Shown here in pieces: positions 1 through 12,605 of a stretch of 64,000 nt of DNA. The position numbers were made by a program, and so were the translations under genes. This stretch comes from an uncultured Gemmatimonadaceae bacterium. Lineage in GTDB: Bacteria; Gemmatimonadota; Gemmatimonadetes; Gemmatimonadales; Gemmatimonadaceae. Within the stretch, counting starts at the first letter, position 1. Every line of letters starts with the position of its first letter. The stretch spans positions 512,001 to 576,000 of the forward strand of contig CAWJMB010000002.1 of NCBI GenBank assembly GCA_963843845.1, read 5' to 3'. The notes under the pieces were generated by a model. The model worked only from the letters and a program-made list of their open reading frames with translations. It did no database searches and was not told the DNA's origin.

Positions 1-1021
1 TCTCGTTCGGCAGGAGCGCGACCTGCGACAGCGCGGCCGAGTGCGTGAGGCCGGCCAGCTCCGCCAGCTCGTCGACGCGGCGGTCGAGCGCGCGCGGCGA
101 TTGGTCGCCTTCCGGCAACATGTGGTAGCCGCGCAGCCCTTCGTAGGCGCCCAGCAGCGCGCGCACGGGCGCCGGCAGCGACTGCTGCGCCGCGGTCTCC
201 CCGTCCATCATGTGCCGATAGAAGTCGGGGGGGCGCCGAACGGTCTGGCAGGCGTTGTTGATGATGAAGTCGAGCCGGTCGCGCGTGTCGAGCAACTGCG
301 CGCAGAACGCCTCGACGCTCGGCGTGTGCCGCAGGTCGAGTCCGAAGATCTGCAGGCGGTGCGACCACTGCTCGAAGTCGTCCTCGCGCGCGAAGCGGGC
401 GGCCGAGTCGCGCGGGAAGCGCGTCGTGACGATGAGCTCCGCGCCGGCGCGCAGCAGCTTGAGCCCGGCCTGATAGCCGATCTTCACGCGCCCGCCGGTG
501 AGCAGCGCGACGCGGCCGGAGAGGTCGGCGAGCTCGGTGCGCTTCGCGTAGTTGAACGCCGCGCAGCTCGGGCAGAGCTGGTCGTAGAAGTGGTGCAGCG
601 TCTCGTAGTCGCGCTTGCAGATGTAGCAGTTCTGCGGCTCGACGATCTCGCGGAACTCGGGCGTGTCGACCGTACGCTGCTCGAAATCGACCGGCGCGAA
701 GAGCAGGTTCTGCGCGGCGGTGGCGGCCTCACGCCGCGCTCGCCGGATCCCGGTCTCGGTCAGCACCGACTCGGCGCGCCCGACCTTGTCGCGCTTGCGG
801 AGACGCTTGGCCTCCTTCACGAGCTGGCGCCGCGACACGGCGTTCGGGCGCGAGACCTCGCCGGCGGCGCGGAGGAAGCGGGTGCGTTCGTCTGGGGCGA
901 GCTGGGCGAGCAGCGCGCGGTCGGCGATGATCGACTCGATCAGGTCGATCGCGTCGCGCACACGGTCGTCGAGCGAGAGCGCGTCGCTCGGCGAGTCGGC
1001 GAGGGCGGGCAGGGTGTCCAT
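1..1021 (-). CDS. Short-chain dehydrogenase/reductase with N-terminal CxxC...CxxC module (3' end outside window)
   Basis: Manual translation from ATG 1021: MDTLPALADS...CYICKRDYETLHHFYDQLCPSCAAFN...RVALLTGGRVKIGYQAGLKLLRAGA...DFIINNACQT (Rossmann TGG motif, NNA motif). Missing from the ORF track because it runs off the edge. Confidence 0.85.
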   Translation of the reverse strand, partial: MDTLPALADSPSDALSLDDRVRDAIDLIESIIADRALLAQLAPDERTRFLRAAGEVSRPNAVSRRQLVKEAKRLRKRDKVGRAESVLTETGIRRARREAATAAQNLLFAPVDFEQRTVDTPEFREIVEPQNCYICKRDYETLHHFYDQLCPSCAAFNYAKRTELADLSGRVALLTGGRVKIGYQAGLKLLRAGAELIVTTRFPRDSAARFAREDDFEQWSHRLQIFGLDLRHTPSVEAFCAQLLDTRDRLDFIINNACQTVRRPPDFYRHMMDGETAAQQSLPAPVRALLGAYEGLRGYHMLPEGDQSPRALDRRVDELAELAGLTHSAALSQVALLPNE

Positions 1022-1234
1022 TGCTGCGGTGGGGTGCGGCCAAGTGCTTGTCTCATCACAACATAACGCACTCCGGACACTCCCGGCATCCACACCGCGA
1101 TCATCACCCCTGTCGGTGGACCGCAGTGTCTAGAGCGGTTCGCGCTCGGCTCGTGCGTTCTCGACAGGAGTCACAGGAGAAACGGTCCGAACGATCGACG
1201 GGGGTGATGGTCTCGTGATGATCGGGATGCCCCC

Positions 1235-3908
1235 TCAATTCCCAGCGTACAGCGCGTTGAACAGCAACTTGAACGTTCCGTGCGGCTGCGCGCGCTTCAG
1301 GATCTCCGGCCCGAACAGCACGACGCGCCCCTTGCCGACGCGCGCCTCGACGGCCGCGACGCCGTTCTCGAGATAGCGCTGCCCCCACGCCCACCCCAGC
1401 GCAGCGGCGTCGCGCCGTCGTACCAGGCGAACGCGCGCACCCCCTTCGCCGCCGCGTCGGCGCCGAGCCGCCAGACCGGGCTGTCGTCGAAGAAGGCGTC
1501 GACGCGCGACGGCATCCCGGCGGCGAGCGCGTGCGTCGTGTCGACGCGCACCGAGAGGAGCGAGCCCGGGACGTAGAACTTCGTGCGCGGCAGCGCGGCG
1601 CCCTCCTCGGCCAGCTGACTCTCGATGGGGAGGCCGAGGAACGCTGCGAGGTTCGTCGCCGACGAGCCGATCGCGACGACGGTGCCGCCCTCCTCGATGA
1701 ACTCGCGCAGCCGCGGCAGCGTCCGCTCGCGCGTCACGCGCCCGACCTGCTCGCGGTACTCGGCCGGCAGGTCGGGGATCGCCTCGTCAGCTGCAGCGCC
1801 GCCGCGCCGCGCGGCCGCTCGCGCCGGGGATCGCGCCGTCGACGAAGACGAGCGCGTCGTACGTCGCGTTCAGGCTCCCCGCGTCGAGCGCCGGCGCGAA
1901 CACGCGGTCGAACGGGAACTCGAACTGCTCGAGGATCCACCGCGTCCACCCGGCGTCCATCGAGCCGCCGTACTGGTCCCAGAGCCCGACGCGCGGCGCG
2001 CGGACCCGCGCGACCACGACGTCGTTCGGCGCCGCGCGCCCGCCGAGCCGAGACGCCTAACGGCAGCGCGAGGCTGTCGATCAGCGTCGCGGTGTCGCGC
2101 GGACGAACCACTCGCCGCTCCCGACGCGGTTCAGCGTCGCGCCGGCCGCGAGCAGCCGGTTCACGGCGATGAACGCGTCGTTCTGCCGCCGGTCGACGAA
2201 GTACCCGCCACGGGCCGCTCGGCTCGCCGCGCGTGCCGCGCGGCGGCGCGACGTTCCACGCCGCGAGCGTCTCGAACGGCGCCGGTGAAGCCGTCGAGCA
2301 TGCGATCGAACTGGATCGCCCATCTGGTACGCGAGCGTCCAGCCCGCGTTGTCGTACGGCGGCGTCGGCGGCGCGCCGGGATACGGGAAGACGTCCGGGT
2401 GCACCTGCGGCTCGAACATGTCCATCACGTGCGGCCGGAACGCCTGCGCCGTCGGCACGACGTACGAGCCGGCGCCGGATACGTGCTGCCGGCGACCGTG
2501 AACGTCGCGCGTCGCGCGCTGCACGGTGATGCCCGGTCTCGAGCAGCGCGTTCACGAACTTCGTCGCCGTCGGGAAGTCCGGCTGGTCGACCGGGATGAC
2601 GTATCCGCGCGGATCGCGAAGCTCGGGCGCGTGCATGCGCCGCCCACGTCGCCGAGTCGCCGGCGTTCGGCATCCGCGCCGCGATCGCCGCGTCGCGCCG
2701 CGGGTTCGCCGTCCACGTGTCCCGGCTGCCGCGCTCGATCGAGCGCCGCCCCATCGCGTAGATGTTGTAGAGCAGGTTCTCGCGCATGCGCGACGCGTAG
2801 TCGAGCACCGCGCGGTTCGAGCGACGTCGAGTAGTCGATCGACTGCGCGAAGTGCCACTCCTGCGGCGCGATCGGCAGCGCGAGGTCGCCGGACGGGATC
2901 TGCCGCTGCGAGCACGAGCGGAATGCGCATCGGCGTCGGGCTGCCGATCATCTCGGTCAGCATCGCGATCGTGTTGTGGAACGTCGCGGTGTTGCGGATG
3001 CCGCCGTTCCACCACCCGTCGTACGGCCCGCCGCGAGCGCATCGTCGCGCCGGGCTTGCCCTCGACCGCGAGCCGCGTGTGCATCGCCGCGCCGAGCGAC
3101 TGCAGGCCGAGGATGAGCACCGGGTCGAGGTTGTAGTTGTACGGGTCGCGCAGCGGCGGCGAGTAGACGACCGTGCCCGCCGGCCCGCTCTGGTGGTGGT
3201 TGTAGAGGAGCTGCGGAAACCACTCGCGGTACAGCACGCGGTTCATGTTCTCCGTCTCGGCCTGCGTCGACGCGAAGAAGTCGCGGTTGTTGTCGTGGCC
3301 GATGTACTTCTGGTAGAGCCGCGGCAGCCCGGCGAGCGAGCGCGCCTTCGGGTCGCGGCGTTGCGCATGTACCAGTCGGCGACGAGGTCGTTGCCGTCCG
3401 GGTTCGCGTGCACGAACAGGATGATGCACGTCGTCGAGGATGCGCCGCGTCTCGTCGTCGGTGCGGCTCACCATCTCGTAGACCGATCTGGCCGAGCTGC
3501 TGCGCGCCGAACGTCTCCGTGGCGTGCAGCCCGCCGTCGATCCAGACGACGGCCTTGCCCTCCTTCGCCAGCGCGCGCGCCTGCGCGTCGGTGAGCCCCT
3601 CGGCGTGCGCGAGGCGCGACGCGATGTCCTTGTAGCGCGCGAGCCGCGCGTGGTTCGCCGGCGACGTCACGATCGCCATGAGCTGCGCGCGCCCCTCGGC
3701 CGTCTTGCCGATCTCGACGACCTTCATGCGCTCCGACTCGCGGTCGAGCGTGCGCCAGTACGTCGGCGATCTGCCTGTAGCTGGCGAGGAAGTAGTCGTC
3801 GCCGAAGTCGTGGCCGAACTGCTCCTTCGGCGTCGTGATGCGCTGCGCGCCGAGCGGCGCGGCCAGCGCGAGAGCGGTCAGGCAGAGCGCGCGGATCCGG
3901 ATCGGCAT
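1235..3908 (-). CDS. M14-family zinc carboxypeptidase-like secreted protein (multiple frameshifts)
   Basis: Signal peptide MPIRIRALCLTALALAAPLGAQ; WIDGGLHATE, GHDNNRDFF, LYNHHQSGP motifs in successive frames; C-terminus QPHGTFKLLFNALYAGN* at 1235. Confidence 0.8.
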
Positions 3909-3928
3909 CGGAGCGAGTGGAGGGGTGG

Positions 3929-5243
3929 CTACGGAGTGCGACGGTCGACGACGACGGTACCGCCCTTCATGACCCAGCGCACGCCCCGGATCACGGCGTT
4001 CACGTCGCGCAGCGGGTCGCCTTCGACGGCGACGATGTCGGCGAAGCGCCGGGCGCGACGCGGCCGAGCTTGCGCGGCATGCCGCAACAGCGCCGCGGGC
4101 ACCGTCGTCGCCGTGGCGAGCGCCTGGCGCGGCGTCATGCCGGCCTGCACGAAGAGCGCGAGCTCGCGCGTGTTCTCGCCGAACATCCAGTACACGGCGT
4201 CGGATCCCATCGCGATGCGGACGCCGGCGCGGTGCGCGCGGCGCGTCGTCTCGAGGTTGAGCAGCGCGGAACGAGTCGAGCCCGGCGACCTGCCGCGCGT
4301 CGTAGCCGAGCAGCGCGGCGTTCTCGGCGTAGAAGCGGTTGTGGTCGATCGTCGGGACGTAGACCGTGCCGCGCCGCGCCAACTCGCGGAGCGTCGCGTC
4401 GTCGAACCCGATCGGGATGCTCGACCGACTCGGCGCCGGCGCGCATCGCGGCGCGGCCTCCGGAGTCGCCGTACGAGTGGATCGCGATCGGCTTCCCGTA
4501 GCGGTGCGCCGCCGCCGCGGCGACGCGCATCTCGGCGTCGCTGAACGTCTGGTCGCCGGTGACGTTCTGGAAGCTCCCGGTCGAGCCGTACATCTTGATC
4601 CAGTCGGCGCCGGCGTCGACCTGCGCCTTCACCGCGACCTCGATGTCCGCCGAGTCGCGCACGCGGCCGCGCGCGGCGGCGGAGGCGGCGTTAGGCGCCG
4701 CCGGGGTCGGCGCCGTCGTCACCTTCGAGAGCCCGTAGCCGGCGACGAACATGCGCGGGCCGAGCATCGCCCCCGTCGCGATCGAGTCGCGCATCGCGAT
4801 GTCGGTGTAGTTCGACGCGCCGAGGTCGCGCACCGTCGTGACGCCCGTCTCGAGCGTGCGGCGCGCGTTCTCCGCGGCCGCCATGACCACCGAGTCCTTC
4901 GTGCGCGGGCCCGGCGCGCGCGGGTTCGCGCTGGTCGCGCCAGTAGGTCATGTGCGTGTGCACGTCGATCAGCCCGGGGATCGCCGTGTAGCGGCGCAGG
5001 TCGATCGACCCGCGCGCCGGCGGGGAGCGCGCACCCGGTGCCGCAGACGCGGACGATCGTGTCACCCTGCACGACGATCTGCGCGTTCCGGAGCGGCGGG
5101 CCCTCGGCGTTCACGAGCGTGCCGAAGCGGAGGACGGTGACCGGCGCCGGCTGCGCGGCGAGCGGGCGGCCGGCCGCGGCGAGGGCGAGCGCGAGCGCCG
5201 CGCGGCGGAGCGGGAAGCGGCGGAGCGAGCGGTGACGGGTCAT
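3929..5243 (-). CDS. Amidohydrolase family protein, secreted (frameshifted)
   Basis: IPGLIDVHTH, TGVTTVRDLG, GADWIKMY, IAIHSYG, MGSDAV, ADIVAVEGDPL motifs; N-terminal signal peptide. Confidence 0.85.
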
Positions 5244-7091
5244 TCGCGCAAGCTACGCCGATCCCCGAGCGCCGACAGCAGGTACGAGCAGGTTCGCCGT
5301 GCCGTCCATGATCGGCTCGTTCGTCGAGTAGTCGCCGACGTCGTCGTGGTAGACGATGAAGCCGGTGTTGAAGAGCGCGTACTCGTCGGGGTCGTGCAGC
5401 GCGATGCCGCGCAGGTTGCCGATAGATCGAGCGGTAGACCGGCCCGTCGACGAGCCCGCCGAGCTGCGAGCCGGGCCCGAACTGCATCGAGCACCACCGA
5501 GTGCGGGTCGCGCGGGGACGTGCCGCCGTTCGGGTAGCCGATCACCATCGACGTTCCCCACGGGTTCGCGCCGAACAGCCAGTCGATCGCCGCCTGCTCG
5601 TAGTCGCGGAAGCGCGCGTCTCCCGTCATGCGCGCGGTAGAGCAGCGCCTGCGTCGCGAACGACGCCATGAGGTCGTTCGAGCACCAGATGAACGGGACG
5701 CCGATGCGGAAGCCGTTGCGTCGGCGCGGCGCGCGACGCGCTCGAGGCCGCGGCGGTAGTACGCGGCGGCGGAGTCGCGCGCTCGTGCGGTCGCGCGCTC
5801 CGGGCGAGCGTGAAGTGCCCCGCGTTGTGCCACGGGTACCACTGGTAGTGGCGCGCCGTGTCGGCGCCCATCCATGGCGTGACCGGCTCGCGTGCGCGCG
5901 TAGCCGCAGCGCGTCGCGCAGGTAGCGCCGCTCGCCCGTGAGCGCGTGCGAGCTCGGCCGCCGCGAGCTCCATGTCGTCGGCCCAGTTGTCCTCCTCGTA
6001 GAAGTAGGGCGCGCGGCCGGGCGCGGTCTGGCAGACGCCGGGGTGGGCGGTGCCGAACGCGTAGGCGGCGAGCGCGCGTGCGGCGGAGCGTGTCGGCGAA
6101 GGCGGGGTCGCGGCGCGCGTAGGTGCGCGCGGCGAGCGCGAACGCCGACGCGTACTTGCCGGCCGTGGACGCGAGCCGGTCGAGCGGTTCTTCGGTGCTG
6201 GAAGAGCCCCTGCGGCCGACCGGTGCACGGATAGACGGCGCGCTCGCGCCCCTTCCCCCAGCCGTAGTCGGACGAGTCGGTCGTCGGCAGGTCGAGGTAG
6301 CTGTGGTCGCGGTCGTCGCCGAGCTGGTTGAACATCGTGTCGCCGCCGGGATACATGCGCAGCAGCCAGTCGAGCCCGTGCCGCGCCTCGTCGAGCACGT
6401 CGGGCGTGCCGTTAGGCCCCGGCAGCCCGCGCGCGTCGACGCGTCGCTCGCGGCGCCGGCGAACGCGCGCGGGTGGTCGCGCCACGCGGCGAGCAGGTGG
6501 TACGTCGCGGTCGCCGAGGTCGTGACGTACTGGAGATAGTCCGCCGCGTCGGCCCACCCGCCGCTCACGGGGAGAAAGCGCACGACGCGCCCGCTGTCGT
6601 CGACGACGTTCCCGTCGTCGGCGGTGCACCGAGTCGCGGAAGAACGGGTTGAAGCCGGAGCGCTGCTGGCGCATGTAGTACAGCAGCGTGTCCGCGCCGC
6701 CGGCGTAGACCGTCGGGCCGACGCTGACGGCCGGCGAGCGGACTACATCCGCCGCCTCGCCGGCGACGATCGTGTAGCGGCCGATCGCGCGCACGCTCGT
6801 GAAGTCGAGGCGGTACGTCGCCGCGCACGGCCCGAAGGCCCCCGCGTTCGGCGCCCGCCGCGCGCGGAGCACGACCCGCCCGCGCGCGTCCTCGACGTGG
6901 TACCGGACCGCGGAGTCGTCAGGTGCCCGCGCCAGCGCGCAGAGCACCGCGACCTTCGGCGCGTCGGGGAGGTAGCCGACCTGGTTGACGCGGACCACGC
7001 GCACCGGCTCGTCGACCGCCGGCGCGAGCATGGTCAGGATCGCGAGCACCAGCCGCATGACAGGAGAAAGACGCTCGTCGACGGCCGTCAC
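5240..7091 (-). CDS. Glycoside hydrolase family 9 with N-terminal Ig-like domain (frameshifted)
   Basis: VRVNQVGYLPDAPKVAV, VSGGWADAADYLQY, PDVLDEARHGLDWL, WLFGANPWG, YSTNEPIMDGTANL are GH9 hallmarks. Confidence 0.85.
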
Positions 7092-7099
7092 TCACGACC

Positions 7100-8530
7100 T
7101 CACACCGCTTCCGACAGCGACGTGAAGTTGAAGTCGCGCGCCTTGATCGCCGGCATCACGACGTCGCCGCCCTGCTCCGTCCCGGCGAGCCGCTCCGCCT
7201 GGCCGAGCGTCTCGAGGTTGTTGAGCAGGAACAGCGGGCTCTCGTTGAAGCGGAAGTTGCGCAGCGACTTCGTGATCCTGCCGTCCTCGACGAGGAACGT
7301 GCCGTCGCGCGTGAGCCCCGTGTAGAGGATCGTGCGCGGGTCGACCTCGCGCAGATACCAGAGCCGCGTGACGAGCACGCCGCGCTGCGTCGACTTCGAC
7401 GAGGTCGTCGACCGACGCCGTGCCGCCGAGCATCTTCATGGACGTCGGCGCGCCCGTGGCGGGCTTGCCCTGCTTCTTCGCCCAGAAGCGCGAGTAGTAG
7501 AGCTGCTTCAGCACGCCGTTCTCGATCCACGTCTGCCGGCCGATCGGCAGGCCTTCGCCGTCGAACGGCTGGCCGAGGAGCTGCGGGTCGCGCGGGTCGG
7601 AGAAGAGCGTGACGCGCGAGTCGACGATCTTCTCGCCGATCTTGTTGCCGCCGCCCCCTGCTTCACGAACGGCGCTGCGCCCCTCGTCGGCCGTGCGCGC
7701 GTCGGTGTAGTTGCCGATGAGCTGCACCAGATCGCCGACCGCCTGCGGCTCGAGGATCACCGTGTAGCGCCCGGGCTCGATCGCCGACGGGCGTGCGCGA
7801 CAGCCGCGCCTTCTCGGTCGCGCGCGTCGCGATGCGGCGCACGTCGAGCTGCGCGAAGTCGGGGTGGTCCGCCGCGGCCCAGCCGGAGCCGGTGCCGTCG
7901 GCCGTGCGGACGGTGAGCGTGTAGTTGTTGCTCGTGTTGCGGTGATACGCGAACAGCCCCTTCCCGTTGCCGAACGCGCCGGCGCCGAGCCCCGATTGCG
8001 AGGTAGCCCGCGGCGCGCAGGTCGGCCGTCGCCGCGCGCCAGCTCGAGCGCCACGAGCGCCGCCTCCGCGCGGTCGGCCGGCGAGAGGTTCGCGGTCGTG
8101 TCGAAGTAGGCGCTCACGCGGTCGTACTGCTGCGGCGCCGAGCGTCGGGCATCGCCTCCGGGTCGTCGGGGGCGAGGCGGGCGATGCGCTCGCTCTGCTC
8201 GCACGCAGCGGCGGATCGACTCGTCGGACAGATCGTTGCGTCGTGACGACGGCGTGCTTCGGGCCGAAGCCGCTCTGGACGGCGAGCCGCGCGTCGGTGA
8301 TGCCGCCCGACGTCGACATCTGGTTCGCGGCGAAGCGGACGTTGCCGGCGTAGCTCGTGCCGACGTTCACGTCGATGCCGTCCGCCTTCGACAGCGCCGA
8401 CCGCCTTCTCGACGATCGCCTGCGCCTGCTCGCGCGTGAGCAGCGCGTCCGCCGCGAGGTCGCCGAGCGGGGTGCCGCGGCGGACGGCGGTGCCGAACGC
8501 TTCGCGCGTGTCCGTCGGTGAGCGCGGCAT
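7100..8530 (-). CDS. TldD/PmbA family protein, TldE-like partner (frameshifted)
   Basis: NVRFAANQMSTSG, IEPGRYTVILEPQAVGDL, PFDGEG, WIENGVLKQL, TGLTRDGTFLVEDG, NFRFNESP; no HExxxH seen. Confidence 0.85.
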
Positions 8531-10176
8531 CAGGACTTCCTCCCCGTGTTGATGACGTTGACGCTGCGGAAGCGCGCGACCGGCGAGCCGTGGCTCACCG
8601 CGTTACCTGACCCGGCTGTCCCTTGCCGTCGAAGAAGCTGCCGCCCATCGCGTACGTGCTCCGCCCGCCGACCATGTCCATCGAGTTCCAGAAGTCCGGC
8701 GTGCGGATCTGGTACGCGACGTCCTTCAGCATCCCGCCGAGCTTGCCGTTCTTGATCTCGTAGAACGTCTGGCCGCCGAACTGCGCGTTGTAGCGCTGCT
8801 GGTCGATCGAGAACGAGCCGTCGCCCACGATGTAGATGCCGTGCTCGACGCCCGCGACGAGGTCGTTCAGCGTCGTGTTCGCGCGCGCTCGGCTGCAGCG
8901 ACACGTTCGGCATGCGCTGGAACTGCACGTTGTTCCACCCCTGCGCGTACGAGCAGCCGTGCGAGCGCACCGGCTTGCCGGCCTTCTCGTAGTAGCTGCG
9001 CAGCCACGGCGCCTGCTCGCGCGTCGTCTGGTAGTCGACGAAGGTGCCGTTCTTGACGATGTCGAAGTGGTCGGGCTTCACGCCGTCGTCGTCGTAGCCG
9101 ATCGTCGACAGCCCGCCTTCCTGCGAGCGGTCGCCGACGACGTTCATGATCGATCGGCCGTACTGGAAGGTGCCCAGCTTGTTCTCCGGCGGCGCCACGA
9201 AGCTCGGTGCCGGCGTAGTTCGCCTCGTAGCCCATGGCGCGGTCGAGCTCCGTCGGATGCGCGACGCTCTCGTGGATCGTGAGCCAGAGGTGCGACGGGT
9301 CGAGCACGAGGTCGTAGCGGCCGACGTCGACCGGCTTCGCCTTGAGCTTCGCCGCCGCCTCCTCGCCCCACCTGCCGCGTTGCCGACGAGGTCCGACGCG
9401 AGCACGTACTCCCACCCGCGCGCCATCGGCTGCACGACGTTCGCGCGGTTCTGGAAGTCGGTGAAGTCGGCTCGAAATCGCGGTGATCTGCATCGTCGGC
9501 CACGACCGCACGACGTCCTGCGCGATGACCGAGCCGTCGGTGTTCGCGTAGTTGCGCTCGTCCTTCACGAAGAAGAAGCCGCTGAAGACGTACTTCACGC
9601 CGGCCGCTCTTGAGCGCCGCGGCGTTCGCCCTCAGCAGCAGCTCGGCCTTCTCCTCGACCGAGATCGTCCCACGGGTCGGTCGTGTACGCGCTCTTCCAC
9701 GTCACGTCCTTGTAGACCGGGCTCGGCAGCCACTCGACCGCACGGTCTCGCGCGAGGCGCGACGCGCTCGCGATCGCCACGGCTTCACGCGCCGCCGCCG
9801 CCGCGCCGTCGGTCGTGAGCTGCCGCGTCGCCGCGAAGCCCCACGTCCCGTCGACGAGCGCGCGCACGCCGATGCCGACGCTGTCGGTGTCGACGACGTT
9901 CTGGATCTGCTGCTCGCGCGTGAACACGAAGTTCTGCCGCTGCCGGCTCGCGCGGACGTCGGCATAGGTCGCGCCGGCCGACCGCGCGGCGTCGAGCGCG
10001 GCCATCATGAGCGCGCGGGTCTGCGCCGGATCGAGAAACGTGTCGAGCGCCCGCCCGCTCGGCGCGGCGGGCGCGGCGGCGAGGAGGCGGGGGATCGCCT
10101 CGAAGGCGCTGCCGGCGAGCAGGGCGCCGCCGACGGTGGTCGCGCTCCGGCGAAGGAAGTCGCGTCGGTTGGTCAT
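8530..10176 (-). CDS. tldD: TldD/PmbA family metalloprotease with Tat signal peptide (frameshifted)
   Basis: MTNRRDFLRRS twin-arginine signal; YADVR, GIGVRALVDGTWGFAAT, IHESVAHPTELDR (HExxxH), GYDDDGV, FQRMPNVSL, SFSIDQQRYNAQF. Confidence 0.85.
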
Positions 10177-10444
10177 GGAGGGGGCGGGAAGAGACGGCGG
10201 CGCTGGACGGCCGCACGTGGAAGGTGTGCTCGGCGAGCGAAGGTGGATAGCGCAGGCGGAACGCGACCGCGAGCGCGAACGGGTGTAGCCCGCACTTCGC
10301 ATCCCGCCCTGCGATGGCGTTCCGCCGTCGCTCTCGCGTTCCGCGTCTTCCGTCGCGTTCCGCGGTTCCAGCCCCGCTCCCTCGCCGTGCGTCCCGCCGT
10401 TCGGCGGCGTGTCCCGCAGTCCGGTGGCGTGTCCCGCGCAGCGC

Positions 10445-11917
10445 CTATCGCTCCCCTCGCACTCTCCGCGACCCCACCTCGCCGAGCATCGCTGCCCCGG
10501 CCACCACCGCGAGCACCCCGTCGGGCGGCCAGCTACGTCCAGGCCCGCGCGACGACTCTCCAGTCGGCCGTGCCCGCGGTGTGCCTAACGCCGCCACCGT
10601 CGCGGCGAGCGGGGCGGGATCTCCCGCCGCGACGGTCGCGGCGTTCGGCACCGCGCTCGCGGGCGCGTAGGCCACCGCCCCGACGACACGCGCCCACCAC
10701 GCTCGGTGTGCCGCCGGCGCGTCGTCGGGCGCCGCCATCCGCCACCGCCACGTCTCCGCGTACCCGATCTGTGCGACTCGGCCGGCGCCGACGCGGCGCG
10801 CGACGACCGCGGCCGCCGCGCCGCCCGGTCGGCGCTCGAGCACGACGGCGTCGGGACGCGGAACGATCGGCGTCAGCGCGAGCCCGTTCAGTGGCGCATC
10901 AGTGTCGAGCGCGCCGAGCCGGCCGGCGATCGTGGTGCCGAAGGAGCCCGCGACCAGCGCGCGCAGCGTCGGTTCGGTCGCCGCGTCGTGACCGAGCACG
11001 ACGCCGCCACCGTCGCGCACGTAGCGCGCGAGGCGGGCGGCGCTCGCTGCGTCGACGACGCCGCTGTCGACGACGATCACGGCAGCCGTCGTCGCCGTGT
11101 CCGGCGCGAGCCCCGTCGTCGCCGCACCCCCCTGCCCGGTGACGTCGAGCCGCGGGAGCACGGCGAGCTGTACGTGCACCGGCCAGCCGCGCTCCTCGAG
11201 CGCTGCGGCGACGAACTTTCCCTCCCACCCCGCTCGGCCGACGACGAGCACGTGCCGGAAGCGGAGCGGGGCGGGGAGCGGCACGCGCGCCGTCGTCGCG
11301 CCGGCGCGCGCGAGCACCGTGTCCGCCGCGGCCGGCAGCACGAGCGACCGGCCGACGCCCGCACTGTCGCGACGCGCGCCGGTCACCCGCGCCGTATCCG
11401 ACAGCGCCAGCGCGTCGCCGACGGCGACCGCACTCCCGCTCGGCGCCGCGACGTCGACGCGGACGCCGCCCGCGGGATCGACGACCGACGACGCGCTGAT
11501 CGCGACGGCCACGGCGCTCGGCGCGCTCCAGCCGATGGACATGCCGGCCCCGGCGAGCGCCCGCAGCCACGATCGCGTCGGCTCGGTCGGCGGCGCGCCG
11601 AACACGACGTGGGCAGCGGCGACCGGCGCGCTCGTCCACCGACCCAGTGCGTCCTGCACTGCGTCCTGCGCTGCGTCCTGCGAAGCGCCATCGAGTCGCC
11701 GAGTGCGGCCACTGTCGGCGCGCGCGTCGATCACGTCGGCGACAGCGGCCCCGGAAACGGCCGGCCGAGTCCACCGCCAGAGCAGCAGCGCGAGCGCAGC
11801 GACCGCGATCGCGCGCAGCGTCCACTCACCGGCGCGACGGCCGAGGGACACCTGCGTCGCGCGCGCCGTCGTCGGCGTCGTCGCCCGTGGCACGGTCGCG
11901 TCAGCGGGTGAGGGCAT
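10445..11917 (-). CDS. Hypothetical membrane-anchored protein of the MoxR/DUF58 cluster
   Basis: 490 aa ORF, hydrophobic ends, GWEGKFVAAALEERGW, GRVAQIGYAETWRWRM; overlaps upstream stop. Confidence 0.65.
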   Translation of the reverse strand: MPSPADATVPRATTPTTARATQVSLGRRAGEWTLRAIAVAALALLLWRWTRPAVSGAAVADVIDARADSGRTRRLDGASQDAAQDAVQDALGRWTSAPVAAAHVVFGAPPTEPTRSWLRALAGAGMSIGWSAPSAVAVAISASSVVDPAGGVRVDVAAPSGSAVAVGDALALSDTARVTGARRDSAGVGRSLVLPAAADTVLARAGATTARVPLPAPLRFRHVLVVGRAGWEGKFVAAALEERGWPVHVQLAVLPRLDVTGQGGAATTGLAPDTATTAAVIVVDSGVVDAASAARLARYVRDGGGVVLGHDAATEPTLRALVAGSFGTTIAGRLGALDTDAPLNGLALTPIVPRPDAVVLERRPGGAAAAVVARRVGAGRVAQIGYAETWRWRMAAPDDAPAAHRAWWARVVGAVAYAPASAVPNAATVAAGDPAPLAATVAALGTPRARPTGESSRGPGRSWPPDGVLAVVAGAAMLGEVGSRRVRGER

Positions 11918-12605
11918 AGACGACGATGTTCACCCCGAACCGCGTGTTGTCGACGCTCTGGAAGCGCTTGTTCTCGGCGTGGAAGTTCCACTCCGAGCTG
12001 TAGTCCTTGTTGCTGTACAACACGGCGATCCGGTCGCCGCGCCGAGCCGCGAGCAGGTGCTTGTGCACGAGGTTGTCCCCCCACCCATTCAGCTCGTGGC
12101 TCGTCGTCGGCGGGCCGTCCGAGAACGTGAAGAACGCGCGGTACAGCGGGTCCTCGTTCGACAGCTCCTTCAGCGGGCCGGCGACGCGCCCCAGCTCCTC
12201 GACCGCCGTCTTGTGAAAGCCGCCGTCGACGTCGTGGTTGTGATCGTCGACGAACAGCATCCCCCCCCGATCGAGGAAGCGGCTCAGCGAGCGGCGCTCG
12301 GCGTCGGAGAACCGCACGGGGAGATGGCCCGTGAGATAGAGCAGCGGATACTGCATCACGCCATCCGACGCGAGCGGCACCGTCACGCCCTGCGCGGCGA
12401 CCGGGATGCTCGTGTAGCGCGCGACCGAGTCGATGAGGTTCGACGGCACGAGCGGCGCCGAGTCCCAGTCGCCGGAATCGTACTGCGCGGTCGCGAACAC
12501 GAACGCACCCCCGGTCGCGTCGAGCACGCCGGGCCGCGGCGCGACGAGGCGCTTCGGCTCCGCGCGCGGATCGTTCGGCACGTTCGCGTGAGGCACCTCG
12601 CTCAC
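11901..12605 (-). CDS. DUF4159 domain protein
   Basis: QYDSGDWD, YPLLYLTGH, FLDRGGMLFVDD, GVNIVVYALT; GTG start overlaps the upstream TGA (GTGA). Confidence 0.8.
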   Translation of the reverse strand: MSEVPHANVPNDPRAEPKRLVAPRPGVLDATGGAFVFATAQYDSGDWDSAPLVPSNLIDSVARYTSIPVAAQGVTVPLASDGVMQYPLLYLTGHLPVRFSDAERRSLSRFLDRGGMLFVDDHNHDVDGGFHKTAVEELGRVAGPLKELSNEDPLYRAFFTFSDGPPTTSHELNGWGDNLVHKHLLAARRGDRIAVLYSNKDYSSEWNFHAENKRFQSVDNTRFGVNIVVYALTR